Shown piece by piece: positions 14,349-29,482 of a stretch of 64,000 nucleotides of DNA. Position 1 is the first letter of the stretch; every line of letters starts with the position of its first letter. The notes below the pieces were generated by a model that worked only from the letters and a program-made list of their open reading frames with translations, did no database searches and was not told the origin of the DNA. The stretch is taken from assembly GCA_951406725.2 (NCBI GenBank), contig OX597827.1, positions 44,020,001-44,084,000 of the forward strand, written 5' to 3'. The position numbers and the translations under genes were made by a program. Source of the stretch: Octopus vulgaris. Taxonomy: Eukaryota.

Positions 14349-14903
14349 GCGTGCAAGTACTTCTTGTATATACTTCTTGCGGAAGTCGACTTGATCCATT
14401 GTGAATATATTTCATCTCAGCAAGATATATCAACAATGAACCTTCATTTAAACGAGCTTTCACAACATGAAAGAAAGAAAGAATGAAAAAAGAAAAAAAG
14501 AAAGGAAGAAAGAAAGGAAGTGAGACAGTGAGATAAGAAAAGGTGAAGCAATATCTCAAAATATTTCTTTCTTATCAAACTGACATTTTTCATTTCATTT
14601 GAAAAAAAAAGACAAAGAGTGAAGGTTTCTCAATATAAAGCAAGCTTGGTTATTGCCAATATATGTTCCTCATTATAAACATCGAAACATCAACAAGTTC
14701 TCAAATATTAGATAGCGGTATTTGTTGTTGATGTTGTTGCTGCTGTTGTTATGGTGGTGGTAGTGGTGGTGATGTGTTCCGGTTATTGTCCTTCATAAAT
14801 ACCTCATTTCTGCGCTAATATATAGGAAACTAGTAAAAACAGAAAAAGAAAAGCCTCTTTTATGAATGATTTACACACCACACACACACACAACGCACAC
14901 ACA

Positions 14904-14940
<37 letters not shown>

Positions 14941-16938
14941 CATGCATGCATACTTGTTTATGTGTGTGTGAATATATATGTGTGTGTGTGTATATATAAT
15001 TATATACACACACACATACATGTACACACATACATGTACACACAGACACACACGCATATATATATAAATACATAGATACCTACATATAAATGTACATATA
15101 TATGTGTATGTGTGTTTAGATATATATGTATGTATATATATATATTATGTATGTATATATATATGTATGTATGTATATGTGTGTGTGTGTGAGCGTGTGT
15201 TTATATATATATCCATATATATAAATACATACACCCACACATTTACATTTATGTATGTATGTGTGTATGTATGTATGTATGTATGTATGTATGTATGTAT
15301 GTATGTATGTATGTATATGTATATGAGCAAAAACAAAATTGCTTTTTGAATTACTTTTAAATTATGCGAAAGAAATGCTAGAAAAAATGTAAATAAAGCA
15401 AAAAAAAAATGGAAGAAAGACTTACATATACACAAATATCAAGAAATATCCAGTACGACTTAACAATTGAAAAGATTCTAAAATTTACATATCAGAAAGA
15501 AAAATCTGCCCTATTTAGAAGTTTATTCTCCCTTGCAGCTGCCTTTAAGACATCAAAATACGACAATTTAATATATCAAATGTAAATGTCATTAACCGAT
15601 TTTTATTTAACAAATTATCTGTATGTTTAATGCGCAATACGGCTCTATTTGATATATCACAGAGTGTGAGAGATATGGCTTAAATGATAAATGATATCTG
15701 TTACTCGAAAACGAAATTCCGTGGAAATTATAGCTGGATGCATATATATTGTAACTTGAGATGCAGAATTGATTCTTTTGAGATAGGAATGTGTTGGCTT
15801 TTACAATAGATATGTTGAAATTCATGTCAGTGCAGAAATTTAGAAAAAAAAGAAAGTCAAGGAGAAAACGGGAGTAGGATATGTTTGTCGCGCGTGCGGA
15901 GGTGGTTGAATTTTCACTAAGCTGCGGGATAATCTGCTACTGATGGAATTTTTCCACTAATAGAGCAGATACTTATCAAAATGAGGGCATCTTGTGAAGA
16001 AATCTGCTTCGATGTTTAAACAGTTTGTAGAGAATTTTTTCTTCGACTTGTTAGATATGTTTTTTTTGTGTTTTTTTTTCTCTCTTTTTAATTAAGCACT
16101 ACATGTCCCCATTAGCATATAATCTCCTATCCTTTAGAACTTTCTATTTGATACTGTATCAACGATTGAACGTAGAACGTAAAGACTTGGAATAAATATT
16201 GCAAAGCCTGTTTTCCAACCTACAAGCAATACTGCCGCCAGCTCATGGTATTTGAGGTTTTATAGAATAAAATTATATAATATTATATTATACTATATTA
16301 TATTATAATATATATATTGAATTATACACAAAACGCTAAGTGCGCAAGCAATTCTTGTCGTTTCGAACCAACAAAACCTCCATCTTCGATAATGTCCCTC
16401 CTATAACCCTCAAATTATGTGCCCTGTTCAGGCTAGCCCCTTTTCTTTAACAGCTCTTTAATCCCTTTCTCTCTCTCCCCCTCTCTCTCTCTCTCTCTCT
16501 CCCTCTCTCTCTCTCTCTCTTTTCCTCTCTCTCTCTCCTTCTCTATCTATCTATCTATCTCCATCCCTCTTTTCTACTTTTTTCTTCTTTCTTTCTCTCT
16601 CGCTTTGTAGATCTTAAGAAGCATATTACAGTATTTTTTCTATCACATGAAATACAACATCTCTGAACCCTGCCAATATCGACCCGACGCTTTTTTCTAG
16701 CAACATCTCAAATTTAATGGCGGCAGACGTTGACAATCATCCAATCTGTGAATTACAATAAACTGTCGTAAAAGTATTAAAGTAGATGAAAACGGCAAAG
16801 AATCTGATGAGATGCTTCTAAATTATTCATGCAAATAAACTGCCTGATTAAATCAGCAAATTTGTCTTATTTTTCACAATGGATCGATAAAATTCATAAA
16901 ATAAAATTATAATAAATAAATATAATAAATATAATATA

Positions 16939-17295
16939 GACGCAGAAGTGGCTGTGTGGTAAGTAGCTTGCTTACCAACCACATGGTTCCGGGTTCATTT
17001 CCACTGCGTGGCACCTTGTGAGTGGATTTGGTAGACGGAAACTGAAAGAAAACCTTTGTATATATGTATAAATATATATAATATATAATATATACAGAAC
17101 GTCATGTTGGATCGTTAGCTCCTACACTCATTTTTTTCTCTCCTTGTTTCTTTTCTGTGTATCTTTCTGTCGAAGAGAGTAGGATCGAAACGTAAAAGAA
17201 TTGTTTTATTTCTATTCCTGAGCGCCATACTAATACAATTGTTTGTTTGTACTCCACCTGCCTTCGTCTTTTGTTTGTTTTCGTGAACCTTCCCG

Positions 17296-17349
<54 letters not shown>

Positions 17350-17585
17350 GTATGTATATATGTATGTATGTGTGTATATGTTTGTGCGTGTGTGTTTGTC
17401 CTACAACATCGCTTGACAACCGATGCTAGTGTGTTTACGTCCCCGTCACTTAGCGGTTCGGCCAAAGAGACCGATAGAATAAGTACTTACAAAGAATAAG
17501 TCCTGGGGTCGATTTGCACGACTAAAGGCGGTGCTCCAGCATGGCCACAGTCAAATGACTGAAACAAGTAAAAGAGTAAAAGAGT
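16939..17585 (+). mobile_element. SINE family 1 with nested HHR mini-element in its internal (TA)n
   Basis: 5' half 16939-17058, 3' half ~17390-17585. Confidence 0.85.
17100..17297 (+). mobile_element. HHR mini-element family B (ribozyme-like motif 17162-17199)
   Basis: TCTTT-CTGTCGA-A-GAGAGTAGGATC-GAAAC-GTA-AAAGA; 5-bp stem I, weak stem II; flanked by (TA)n. Confidence 0.7.
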
Positions 17586-18401
17586 GAATTAATAATATAA
17601 AAATATCAAAACAAATGCTTATATTCATATATCACCTTATTTAATACTTTGCCTACCATGGCAGCCACCACTGGTTCTACATGTTATATTCTTAATATGG
17701 CGCAAAATGGGCTCAGAAGGCAAAATGTTAAAAGCACGTTAAATGATATTTAACTGCTTAAGAGGTAGTGGAGCGCGGGTTAAATTCACCAGTGGCCCGA
17801 ATTCAGGACCTGGTTCTAATTCCAGTTTTTGCCCATCTTGTCTTGCAAACTTAACTTCATTTATGCAATTGATAGTGACAACGATATAATACAGTTACTC
17901 CGAGTCCATTATGATAGTGATAGAGGAAAACAGGGTCTCCGCTGGTTTGGTACAAGCCTGCAAGAGGTTTATATCAGTTTGGAAAACTTGCAGCTGTCGT
18001 CTCTACACGCTATTGCTGTTTGTTCCAATGAAATGCTGCGCCTTAAAGCTGACACAGCTTGACATAGCTTGGCATAGGCATTGCTGTTAGGCATCAAAGA
18101 ACTGTAGCAGATATCGCAAGCCGTCTTGCCCGACTGCCAAACAGTCCGCCAATCTACCACTGTGGTAGATTAAAGCCATTAAAGCCAAAACCCTCAAATT
18201 ATATTCTAGTCTTTTTCAGAAGCAGGCCACATGAGACATAGCTGATCATCAGACGGGCCACACTACTAAAAATTTTTCGTGAGGCATGCCATTCAGAAAA
18301 TACGGGCTACATATGTTTCATAACGAGTGGAACCTCAGAAGTGGTAAAATTCAAGTGAGGTGTATACCGTCGACTACGCTTCAGGCCAAGGATATCTTGG
18401 A

Positions 18402-18440
<39 letters not shown>

Positions 18441-18902
18441 TGCACAAAACACGACGATGGGGCACATTAGTTGTCTCTCTGTTTCTTTCTCTTTCATTTT
18501 TCTCTTATTCTCTCCCGCCTTCTCTTCATTTTCTCTCTCACTTTCTTTCCCTTATCCCCCACTCTCTCTCTCTCTCACTTTGCTTTTTAAAAGCCTGATC
18601 TAGAAGAAGAGTGTACCCCTAACCTTTATAGGTTTTCTGAGACCAGTGTGATCGACGATGTGAATGTTCTTTTTGTTGAGCGGAAACGTAATTGTTGCAT
18701 GATAAAAGAAGGGAATTCTAGAGCGGTGGCGTTCGGAGAATGAGGAACAAGAAATAGTCTTTAGTTTGAGACGTAGACCAAACTTGGTTCTATCCACCAA
18801 GTTACGAACGCAGGAGAGACGATTTAGAATTAGATGGGCAAGATTAGAGGTGACAACGATATAATACAGCCGCTTCGAAACCATTATCGTACTGATAGAC
18901 GC

Positions 18903-18948
<46 letters not shown>

Positions 18949-19137
18949 ACAAGATGGCTGTAAACGAGAGGATGGAGTGTGTTCATGGATAACTTCATGC
19001 CAGTCAGTTGTGCATCCTTTCTTGGAATGCGATCTAAGGTACTTGTATGTAAATTAGAAACACTCCAAGATTTAGGAGCAGTATTCCTGTATTGGTCGTT
19101 TGGGATTTGTGCAGAGTTAATATATGTTGTAGCTAAT

Positions 19138-19918
19138 GCGGCGAGTTGGCAGAAACATTAGCACGCCGGGTGAAATGCTTAGCGGTATTTCGTCTGTCTT
19201 TATGTTCTGAGTTCAAATTCCGCCGAGGTCGACTTTGCCTTTCATCCTTTCGGGGTCGATTAAATAAGTACCAGTTACGCACTGGGGTCGATGTAATCGA
19301 CTTAATCCGTTTGTCTGTCCTTGTTTGTCCTCCCTGTGTTTAGCCCCTTGTGGGTAGTAAAGAAATAGGTATTTCGTCTGTCTTTACGTTCTGAGTTCAA
19401 ATTCCGCCGAGGTCGACTTTGCCTTTCATCCTTTAGGGGTCGATAAATTATGTACTAGTTACGCACTGGGATTAATCGACTTAATCCCTTTGTCTGTCCT
19501 TGTTTGTCCCCTCTAGGTTTAGCCCCTTGCGGTCAATAAAGAGATAAGAAACGTTAGCACGCCGGGCGAAATGCTTAGCGGTATTTCGTCTGCCGTTACG
19601 TTCTGAGTTCAAATTCCGCCGGGTCGACTTTACCGTTCATCCTTTCGGGGTCGATAACATAAGTACTAGTTACGCACCGGGGTCGATGTAATCGATTTAA
19701 TCCGTTTGTCTGTCCTTGTTTTTCCCCTCTGTGTTTAGCTCCTTGTGGGTAGTAAAGAAATAGGTATTTCGTCTGTCTTTACGTTCTGAGTTCAAATTCC
19801 GCCTAGGTTGACTTTGCCCTTCATCCTTTCGGATGGGGTCGGATGCGTACTGGGATCGACCTAATCGACTGGCCCCCTCCCTAAAAATTTCGGACCTTGT
19901 GCCTAGAGTAGAAAAGAA
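19138..19918 (+). mobile_element. SINE family 2, tandem array of about four units
   Basis: Repeated ggtatttcgtctg..gagttcaaattccgcc..gcctttcatcc units. Confidence 0.9.
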
Positions 19919-20396
19919 CATGTGTTGTAGCTATAATGTAACAAACTGGTACTTGTAGCTTTAACGTCACGTCTGTTTACAGAAAGAGGCAAAAACTTAT
20001 TGTAGTATTTGTTAAATATCCTGATTTATAGATATAATATGGTGCTGGGAACTGGATACAGATTATTAATCCGTTAATCGATATCGATTTGATTATCTGC
20101 AACTCAAATATGGCATACGTCAAAACGGAGAAAATAGATATCTAAAGTATGTGTGGGTGTATACATATATATGTGCATGTGTGTATATATGTAAGTGCGT
20201 ACGTGTGTGTCCGTACGTGTGTGTATGGGTGTGTGTCTGTGTATGTATCTGTATGTGCGTGTTCCTGTGTCTGTGTGTGAGTGTGTGTGTGTGTATGTGT
20301 AAGGCGTACTTGGTGATCGGGGCGAGAGTAACAGAATTTAAACTTCCGAATAGAAATAGATAAATCATAACATTTGTTTTCCGAAATTTAGGCGAT

Positions 20397-20752
20397 GGCG
20401 TAGCAGTATGTTAAGAAGCGTGCTTCCCTATCACATCCTTCCGGGTTCAGTCCCACTGTGTGTTACCTTGGGCAAGTGTTTTCTACTGTAGTCTCGGGTT
20501 TATTAAAACCTTGTGAGTGGATTTGGTAGACGAAATAGAAAGAAGTACGTCTTATATATATATATATATATATTTCTTTATTGCCACAAGTGGCTAAACA
20601 TAGAGGGGACAAACAAGGACAGACAAAGGGATTAAGTCGATTACATCGATCCCAGTGCGTAACTTGAACTCAGAACGTAGCAGCAGACGAAATACCGCTA
20701 AGCATTTCGCCCGGCGGACTAACGATTCTGCCAGCTCGCCGCCCTGTGTGTA

Positions 20753-20823
<71 letters not shown>

Positions 20824-21033
20824 GTGTGCATGTCTTTGTGTCTGTGTTTGTACTTCCATCACCTCTTGTTGGTGTGTCTACGTCCCTGTAACTTAGCGGT
20901 TCGACAAAAGAGGTCGATAGAATAAATACTAAGTTTTAACAAAAATATGTACTGAATTCGAATCATTGACTAAAAATTCTTCAATGCGGTGCCCCAGCAT
21001 CACCACAGTTTAATAAACAAGTAAAAGATAAAA
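20397..21033 (+). mobile_element. SINE family 1 interrupted by an antisense family-2 SINE (20573-20743)
   Basis: Family-1 halves flank a reverse-complement family-2 copy placed in the internal microsatellite. Confidence 0.8.
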
Positions 21034-21342
21034 TATGAACCACTATATTTTCGGTTGATCACTAGGTTTCACTCGATCTTCGAAATATAGAAGCCAAAAC
21101 CCTCTCAAATTAGACCACCTTCATTTTTTCATAAAGAGTGAGAAACACATAGATGATGTCATCTTAAACATGCAATGCTAAACTGGAGAACGGCGTTTTC
21201 ATGATTGGTGCATTATTTGATAACGAATCTGCTTAATTAAGGCTAACCTAGGCTAAAAATAAGCAGTAGCTATAACAATAACAACTTATACTAAATGCTG
21301 GGGAAAACGTTCCCTAATACGATATCCATTCACGGTATTAAT

Positions 21343-21562
21343 GCGGCGAGCTGGCAGAAACGTTAGCACACCGGGCGAAATGCTTAGCGGTATTTCGTCT
21401 GCCGCTACGTTCTGAGTTCTAATTCCGCCAAGGTCGACTTTACTTTTCATCCTTTCGGAGTCGATTAGATAAGTACCAGTCGATGTAATCGACTTAATCC
21501 GTGTGTCTGTCCTTGTTTGTCCTCTCTGTGTTTAGCCCCTTGTGGGTAGTAAAGAAATAGGT
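21343..21562 (+). mobile_element. SINE family 2, single copy
   Basis: Near-identical to 10645 unit; ggtattaa occurs on both sides (possible TSD). Confidence 0.9.
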
Positions 21563-21934
21563 ATTAAAGCGATAGAAGGAATAAAGGTCGCGGTATTACA
21601 TTTATTACTCAGTTACGTTCGTTTCGATAACTAGTGGAATTGTTACATCTTAAACATGCTGGAATACGCATGAAAAATTATAAAAGTTACAGACAGAATT
21701 TATTAATCCATGCAATATTAAATGAAAAGACCATTAATCATGCATTCACAGTAATAGATATTTCATAACAGTTAACACGCTACTACCTCTACATCACTTC
21801 TCTGATGTAATATATGCGTATTTAATGAAAACATGACGTTATTTTAATCATTGTATGATGAGTACAATAAAGAGTTGAGCTTCTTGGTTTATTGCTAAAG
21901 TTAGGTCTCGTATTTTGTCTAAAAAAAAGAGGTA

Positions 21935-22160
21935 AACGTCTTTCCCGAGTTACATAGGATCGTAGGACCGATTTCCCAGTTTCTGTGACGTACATATTCC
22001 CCACCTCTACAGGAGGCCATCCGTCGAAGGATTATTCATTTTTGCCAGTTGAGTGGACTGGAGAAACATGAAATGAAGTGTTTTTTGCTCAAGAACACGA
22101 CGCGTCGCCCGGTCCAGGAATCGATACCACAATTTCACGATCACCCTAACACCCTAACCG
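21935..22160 (-). mobile_element. SINE family 4-related copy
   Basis: ttgctcaagaacac..ccggtccaggaatcga..caccctaac; similar to 28628-28850. Confidence 0.7.
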
Positions 22161-22568
22161 GTTGCCTTGCGATGTTTCTTCCGTGTCTTTGTGTTTGGAG
22201 TTCAAATCTTTGCCTTCCATGGCCTGTTTAGGTGTTAGACTAAATCCGTTCCTCGCTTCAACATCGCTACCACGAACCTGGGAAGCCTTTACTGGAGTCC
22301 GGTCTGTTACAAGCACTTGTGCAAGGTCTCCGACTTGAGGAAAATTGCAGATTCTGCCACAAATACAACATGAGGAAACAATGTAATTATTTTGGTTTCT
22401 AGTACTGATATACATTTGCTAAAAATGGTTTATCCATTATGTTGGAAATCTATATTGTTTTCTCCAAATGAGGAGAGCAGTTTCTTTCAAATGATTTAAT
22501 ATTTTCATTGATCGATTAGGTGGAGCCGCTTGAAACGGCCGTAATGCATTGATACCTGGACATCCTTG

Positions 22569-22616
<48 letters not shown>

Positions 22617-22619
<3 letters not shown>

Positions 22620-22810
22620 AAAGTAAGCACGTAAATGTGAAACAACGTGGGAAAAAATAGTACTCGAATACCGGAGGTAGGATAATATGCTTTATTATTA
22701 TTACAGCTGAAAAAAAAAAACTCACAAAAATATCAGAAAAAGCGTTCTCCTTCGTCGGACAACTGTCTGACGAAAACTCTGAGTAGCAGTTTTTCTGATA
22801 ATTTTGTGAT
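22617..22810 (-). mobile_element. HHR mini-element family A, rearranged (collapsed HHR at 22761-22791 on +)
   Basis: Tail homologous to 30185-30288 and 56909-57012; AACTGT-CTGACGA-AAAC-TCTGA-GTA-GCAGTT lacks stem II. Confidence 0.65.
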
Positions 22811-22821
22811 GTTTTTGCAGC

Positions 22822-22891
<70 letters not shown>

Positions 22892-22922
22892 ACATGCAAA
22901 TACACACCCATACACGCACACA

Positions 22923-23028
<106 letters not shown>

Positions 23029-23315
23029 CATGTGTGTGTGTATATAGCTAAATTGGATGCACGCATAGCCAGATAGAGACAGACAGACAAAGTAAGCAAG
23101 CAAACAAGCAAGCAGGTTGGTTGCAGGTAGATAGGTGTGCGTATCTTTGCGTTTATCCCCACACTGCTTCTCAACCGGTACTGGTTTGTTTACGTCCCAG
23201 TCGATTAGCTGTTCGGCAAAGTCCGATAGAATAAGTGTCAAGATTCAAAAAGAAAAGTGGAGTCGGTTTTCTCGGTTAAAACTCATTCAAAACAAAGCCC
23301 CAGTCTGGCTGCAAT

Positions 23316-23346
<31 letters not shown>

Positions 23347-23587
23347 GCAGCAGCAGCAGCAGCAACGACAGAAACTACCAGAGCAATTACAGCACTACAG
23401 CAACAGCAACATCAACCTCTGTAACAATAACAGCAGCAGCAACATCGTCAACAGCAGCAACAACAACATGAAAACAAGCACGCCCCATGAGCACAAGGAA
23501 AGATCAAAGCGATAAGACGAGAGAGAGAGAGAGGCATCAGCTCTTTGAATTTGAGACAAACAACATGAAAAGCAGCAGCAGCAAGGG

Positions 23588-23965
23588 GGCGCAATGGCCC
23601 AGTGGTTAGGACAGCGGACTCGCGGTCGGAGGATCGCGGTTTCGATTCCCAGAGCGGGCGCTGTGTGTGTTTATTGAGCGAAAACACCTAAAGCTCCACG
23701 AGGCTCGGCAGGGGGTGGTGGCGACCCCTGTTGTACTCTTTTGCTGCAACTTTCTCTCACTCTTTCTTCCTGTTTCTTGTCCCCCGACTTCCTACGCCAC
23801 CGCTGAGCCTGGATGCGCATTCATCCAGCCGTCGATGCTCTCGGTGTCGGGGGTTGACCTGCTTTCTCTTCCGCGGGTCTTACGAATAGCAAAGGACCAC
23901 GTTTCGGACTTCTTCCCCTACAGCTTGCGAGCTCTGGGACGAAGACCGCATCGCTCAACAAACAA
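23588..23965 (+). mobile_element. tRNA-headed SINE family 3
   Basis: GGCGCAATGGCCCAGTGGTTAGG..GGTTTCGATTCCC head; AAC-rich tail. Confidence 0.85.
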
Positions 23966-24179
23966 ACATCAACAGAAACAAGAACAACATCAACAACAAC
24001 AACAGCAGCAGCAATATCGCCAATCAGCAGCAGCAGCAACAACATGAAAACAAGCACGACCCATGAGCAGAAGGAAAGATCAAAACGATAAGACGAGATA
24101 GAGAGAGAGAGGCATCAGCTCTTTGAATTTGAGACAAACAACATGAACAGCAGCAGCAGCACCAGTAGTAGCAGCACCA

Positions 24180-25260
<1,081 letters not shown>

Positions 25261-25897
25261 TACCGGTGCTGGTTGCTGGTACTAGTGTTTAGCCCCAGGT
25301 CAGTCCTGACGCCAAAAAAGGACCCGTGGCGAAAGTCGTACCACCCTTTATCATCCTTCTCTTTTCTTTTCTTTTGTTTTCTTTTTTTTTTTTTGTCTTA
25401 TCTAGCACTATGTTATCTGAGACTTCATTACTCAACATCGTCATACTTATTCCCCTGAATACACTAAAACGCGATTTGAAAGAAAAAATTTAACGTTTTT
25501 TTAGCTGTTATTTCTAACATGTCGATCGAGATGCACGTAGTGATAATCAGATTAGTTCGTCGGTTTTGCCGCTCTGTGAAATCTATGTACTTTTTCGCCG
25601 CGAGGAGAATTCATAGCTAAAGAACTGGCTCCAAAAGAACTGTGAAACTATCTCGACTTCATTAAATCTTCATATCACAACAACATCGCTCGATCTGCGG
25701 TGTTAATAAATTAAAACACTTCAGCTGTAGTCTAAAGACAGAATTACGAAAAAGAGACAGTAAGGTGCCGATGAATAGACGGAGAAAGAGGGGGATAAAA
25801 AGAGAAAAAAATGTGATACGGGTGGTACTGGAAGAGGTGAATTGTCCGACTGAGGCTGTTCTTAGTATGTATGTGATTATATACAAATGTGTGTGGA

Positions 25898-26236
25898 GGC
25901 TCAATGGCCCAGTGGTTAGGGCAAGCGGACTCGCGGTTTCGATTTCCAGACAGGGCGTTGTGAGTGTTTATTGAGCGAAAACACCTAAAGCTCCACGAGG
26001 CTCCGGCGGAGGGTGGTGGTAAACTCGGTTGTGTTCTTTCACCACAACTTTCTCTCACTCTTTCTTCCTGTTTCTGTCGTATCTGTATTTCAAAGGGCCA
26101 GCCTTTCCGAGAACTACATCAAGGGTACACGTGTCTGTGGAGTGCTCAGCCACTAGCACGTTAATTTTCACGAGCAGGCTGTTCTGATGATAGGATCAAC
26201 TGAACCCTCGTCGTCGTAACCGACGGAGTGCCACGA
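25898..26236 (+). mobile_element. Chimeric SINE: family-3 head with the 3' part of the 10205 family-4 copy
   Basis: 25898-26075 matches 23588 copy; 26085-26236 matches 10340-10515. Confidence 0.75.
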
Positions 26237-26281
26237 CATATATGTGTATATATTCATGTATATATATTCATATATATATTT

Positions 26282-26361
<80 letters not shown>

Positions 26362-26839
26362 TATTATTCAGGGCTCTCAGTATGGTAAAGATAAATGGTT
26401 ATTTTTTAACTAAAGCAGAGATTTACAGTAAATACGAGATTAAAATGGTAAACGAATTTTATCAAACGCAATATTTTTAATCTAGTCTCACAACAACCAA
26501 AAGCAAGCGAATCCTGACGATGGATTTAAAGAAATTCGGAACTAATCGCTTGATCGAATACATCTCACACCCCCAGATGAATGTATGTATGTATGTATGT
26601 ATGTATGTATGTATGTATGTATGTATGTATGTATGTATGTATGTATGTATGTACGTACTCACTCCAACTCACCGGGACCAAGAACATAAAGTACGATAGT
26701 GGGTGACATGGTGACACAGTCACATCGTTTTACCCCGTGACGTCAGTCTGTGAAAGCATTGCTATTATCGTCATCTTCATCATTCACTGTGGTCGTCGTC
26801 GTCGTCGTTGGCGTCCTTATCATCTGAAGCATTATTATC

Positions 26840-26843
26840 AATG

Positions 26844-26876
<33 letters not shown>

Positions 26877-27155
26877 CATCCTTTTCGTCGTCGTCGTCGT
26901 CGTCGTTATCGTCGTGGTTTTCATCGTTGTCATATTCATCATAATCGTCATCGTCAATGTCGTTTGTTCGCAGACCTCTTCTCCTCCTCCTCCTCCTCCT
27001 CCTCCTCATCATCATCATCATCATCATCATCATCACATCCTCTTCTTCGTCGTCGTCGTCGTCGTCGTCGTTATCGTCGTGGTTTTCATCGTTGTCATAT
27101 TCATCATAATCGTCATCGTCATTGTCGTTTGTTCGTAGACCTCTCCTCCTCCTCC

Positions 27156-27186
<31 letters not shown>

Positions 27187-27190
27187 CGTC
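26840..27190. repeat. Tandem duplication (~180 bp unit) of a compound CAT/CGT/CCT tract
   Basis: cacatcct..ttatcgtcgtggttttcatcgttgtcatattcatcataatcg..gtttgttcg.agacctct occurs twice. Confidence 0.9.
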
Positions 27191-27985
27191 ATCGTCCTCG
27201 TCGTCGTCATCGCCCTCATCATTCATCACCGCCACCTTCCGTAATACCACCACCACCACAAACACATCAACATAATTCTCATCATCATCATCATCATAGT
27301 CTCAAATCACCTCCACCACCACCACCACCATCATATGTTAATTTGTACTCCGCAGAAAGCAATTACATCAAAACCACAGAGCTCTTCTCCATACACATCC
27401 CTTCCACCAACAACACCAACAACACCACCAACACCAACACCACCAACACCAACACCACCAACGCCGCTACCACTACGACCAGTACAGCCACCAGCACCAC
27501 CAGCCACCCGCTTCGTCTAATCCATTAATTCCACTTAAGATCACCTTCACCCGCTTTCTTCAATAAGTATTTCATATCACGTTATCGCATTTTTCATTCT
27601 TTCGTTGGAACGATATCATTATCGCGTCTTTCCTTTACTGGCAGTTGTTTATCTCATGCGGTGCCATGACAATCTCATACTCCCAATCCTGATAAATTCT
27701 ACAAAATGCTTGATTCAGTAGCCTCTTATCTTGATTGCTGCTTTATTCCCTACACTTGCTTTCATTATTGCTAAATATATCAGTGTTGACAATCTCCGAG
27801 AAAGTAGCAGAGAAGAGTGATTCTTATGCTCTGAAATTCATTTGATTTTCTGGCGTAAATAAAATATGCAGTGAAACCATGTGATATGTGAATGGTCTAC
27901 GACAACACATAGTACAGCAAAAGAGTTCGAAACGAGGAGTAAACTATTAAATTAGTAAACTGTTGTACTGTGAGGAAGAAGAGAA

Positions 27986-28021
27986 GTGTAACGTTTCGGA
28001 GCTTTTGCGTTCATCAGAAAA
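27986..28021 (-). ncRNA. Decayed minimal hammerhead motif
   Basis: Minus: CTGATGA-ACGCAAAAGCTCC-GAAAC-GTT; stems weak. Confidence 0.4.
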
Positions 28022-28366
28022 TCATAAATTATTTGTTAATTTTTAATAGAATATGATGAAGGAGAAAGAAGTGAGATAAACAAGAGTAACCAAGTACTAC
28101 ATTGTCATACTCACAAGGTTTTGGCTGATCCGAGGCAATAGTAGAAGGTGCCACGCAGTGGGACTGAAGACAGAACCATGTGGTTGGGAAACTAGCTTCT
28201 TACCACAGTTACGCCTGCGCCAGAGAGACAGAGATTGAGAGAAGAGAGAACTGCATATGTATGTATACCTACATGTGTATAGCTATGTGTATATATAAAT
28301 ACATACATATATATATGTATGTATCTCACACATCTTTCTCTCTCTCCCTTTCTCTCTCTCTCCCTT

Positions 28367-28397
<31 letters not shown>

Positions 28398-28505
28398 CAT
28401 GTGTGTGTGTGTGTATCCGTGGCGACTCCGACACTCGGGCTGTTCGGGCTTAAATTCTGTATGTGAAATCTGTAATGAACTGGAGTCGCCTTTGATACAT
28501 GTGTG

Positions 28506-28553
<48 letters not shown>

Positions 28554-28627
28554 ATAGAGAAATAGAAACAGAGAGAAGGTACATATGCATATATGTAACT
28601 ATAAATCTATACATCTACAGGGTTAAA

Positions 28628-29165
28628 GGCCCTTCCCGAACCATAGGAACTTGGTTCTTTTTGCCCGATTCTGTTGCGTGTATATATTCTCCTCTGGGTC
28701 TGTCTCAGGGTTACTCATTTGTGCCAGCTGAGTGGGCTAGATCAACTTGAAATGAAGAATTTTGCTCAAGAATACAACGTATCACTCGGTCTAGGAATCG
28801 AAACCATAGTCATATAAGTGCGGCACCCCATCTACTGAGCTACACATCTCCACACACACACACACACACACACATAGCCACTAGGCGCATGGCCTTCTGG
28901 TTAGGGTGTTGGGCTCATGATTGTTAGATCCAGGTTTCAGTTCCTAGACCGGGTGGCGCGTTCTGTTCTTGAGCATTTCATCTCATGTTGCTATGCTATC
29001 ACTTCGAGACCTGACTTGTGGCATACAGTGAAGCTGTTCAAGCAACGTCGATTTGATGGAGAGAATGAGCTGATCTGAGACACAAATATTTGATCACTAT
29101 AAACAAACCATTTCTGCAGGTCATTCTGCAAAAGCAAAACGTTAATACGTTGTCTTCGACGGGAG
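28628..29165. mobile_element. Two divergent family-4-related SINEs (28628-28850 minus; 28884-29165 plus)
   Basis: tRNA-like heads pointing away from a (CA)n spacer. Confidence 0.65.
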
Positions 29166-29309
29166 AATCCAATATATATATGTGTATATATGTGTGTGAG
29201 AAATTGTTCCAATACACCACGACGTTTGAACCTTTTGAACTTTTCTAAACTTTTTGTACTTTCTGCTTTTTCCTATTGTCGTTTCTCTCAATTCGCACTT
29301 GAGCCACTA

Positions 29310-29482
29310 AACTCTTTTTCTATGTTCTCTCCCTGTCTATTTCTGTGTTCCTTTCTGTCGAAGTGCGTAGGCTCGAAACGTAAAAGACTTTCTCACTTCC
29401 AGAGCGTTAAACTAATACAACTGTTTGTTGTTTACACACCAGTCATCGTCTTTTGTTTTTGTTTTTTTTTGTAAATTCACAC
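29310..29482 (+). mobile_element. HHR mini-element family B (motif 29351-29386)
   Basis: CTTT-CTGTCGA-A-GTGC-GTAG-GCTC-GAAAC-GTA-AAAG, ~95-nt tail, then (TA)n. Confidence 0.7.

Noticed and set aside
16804-16830. CTGATGA as a hammerhead core (similar lone cores at 18246 minus, 26184, 46044 minus, 52528, 53336)
   Set aside because: No matching stem II plus GAAAC-GUH with stem I found
23588-23660. tRNA genes at SINE heads (also 39471, 58099)
   Set aside because: A/B boxes are present but run into multi-copy SINE bodies without a clean acceptor stem
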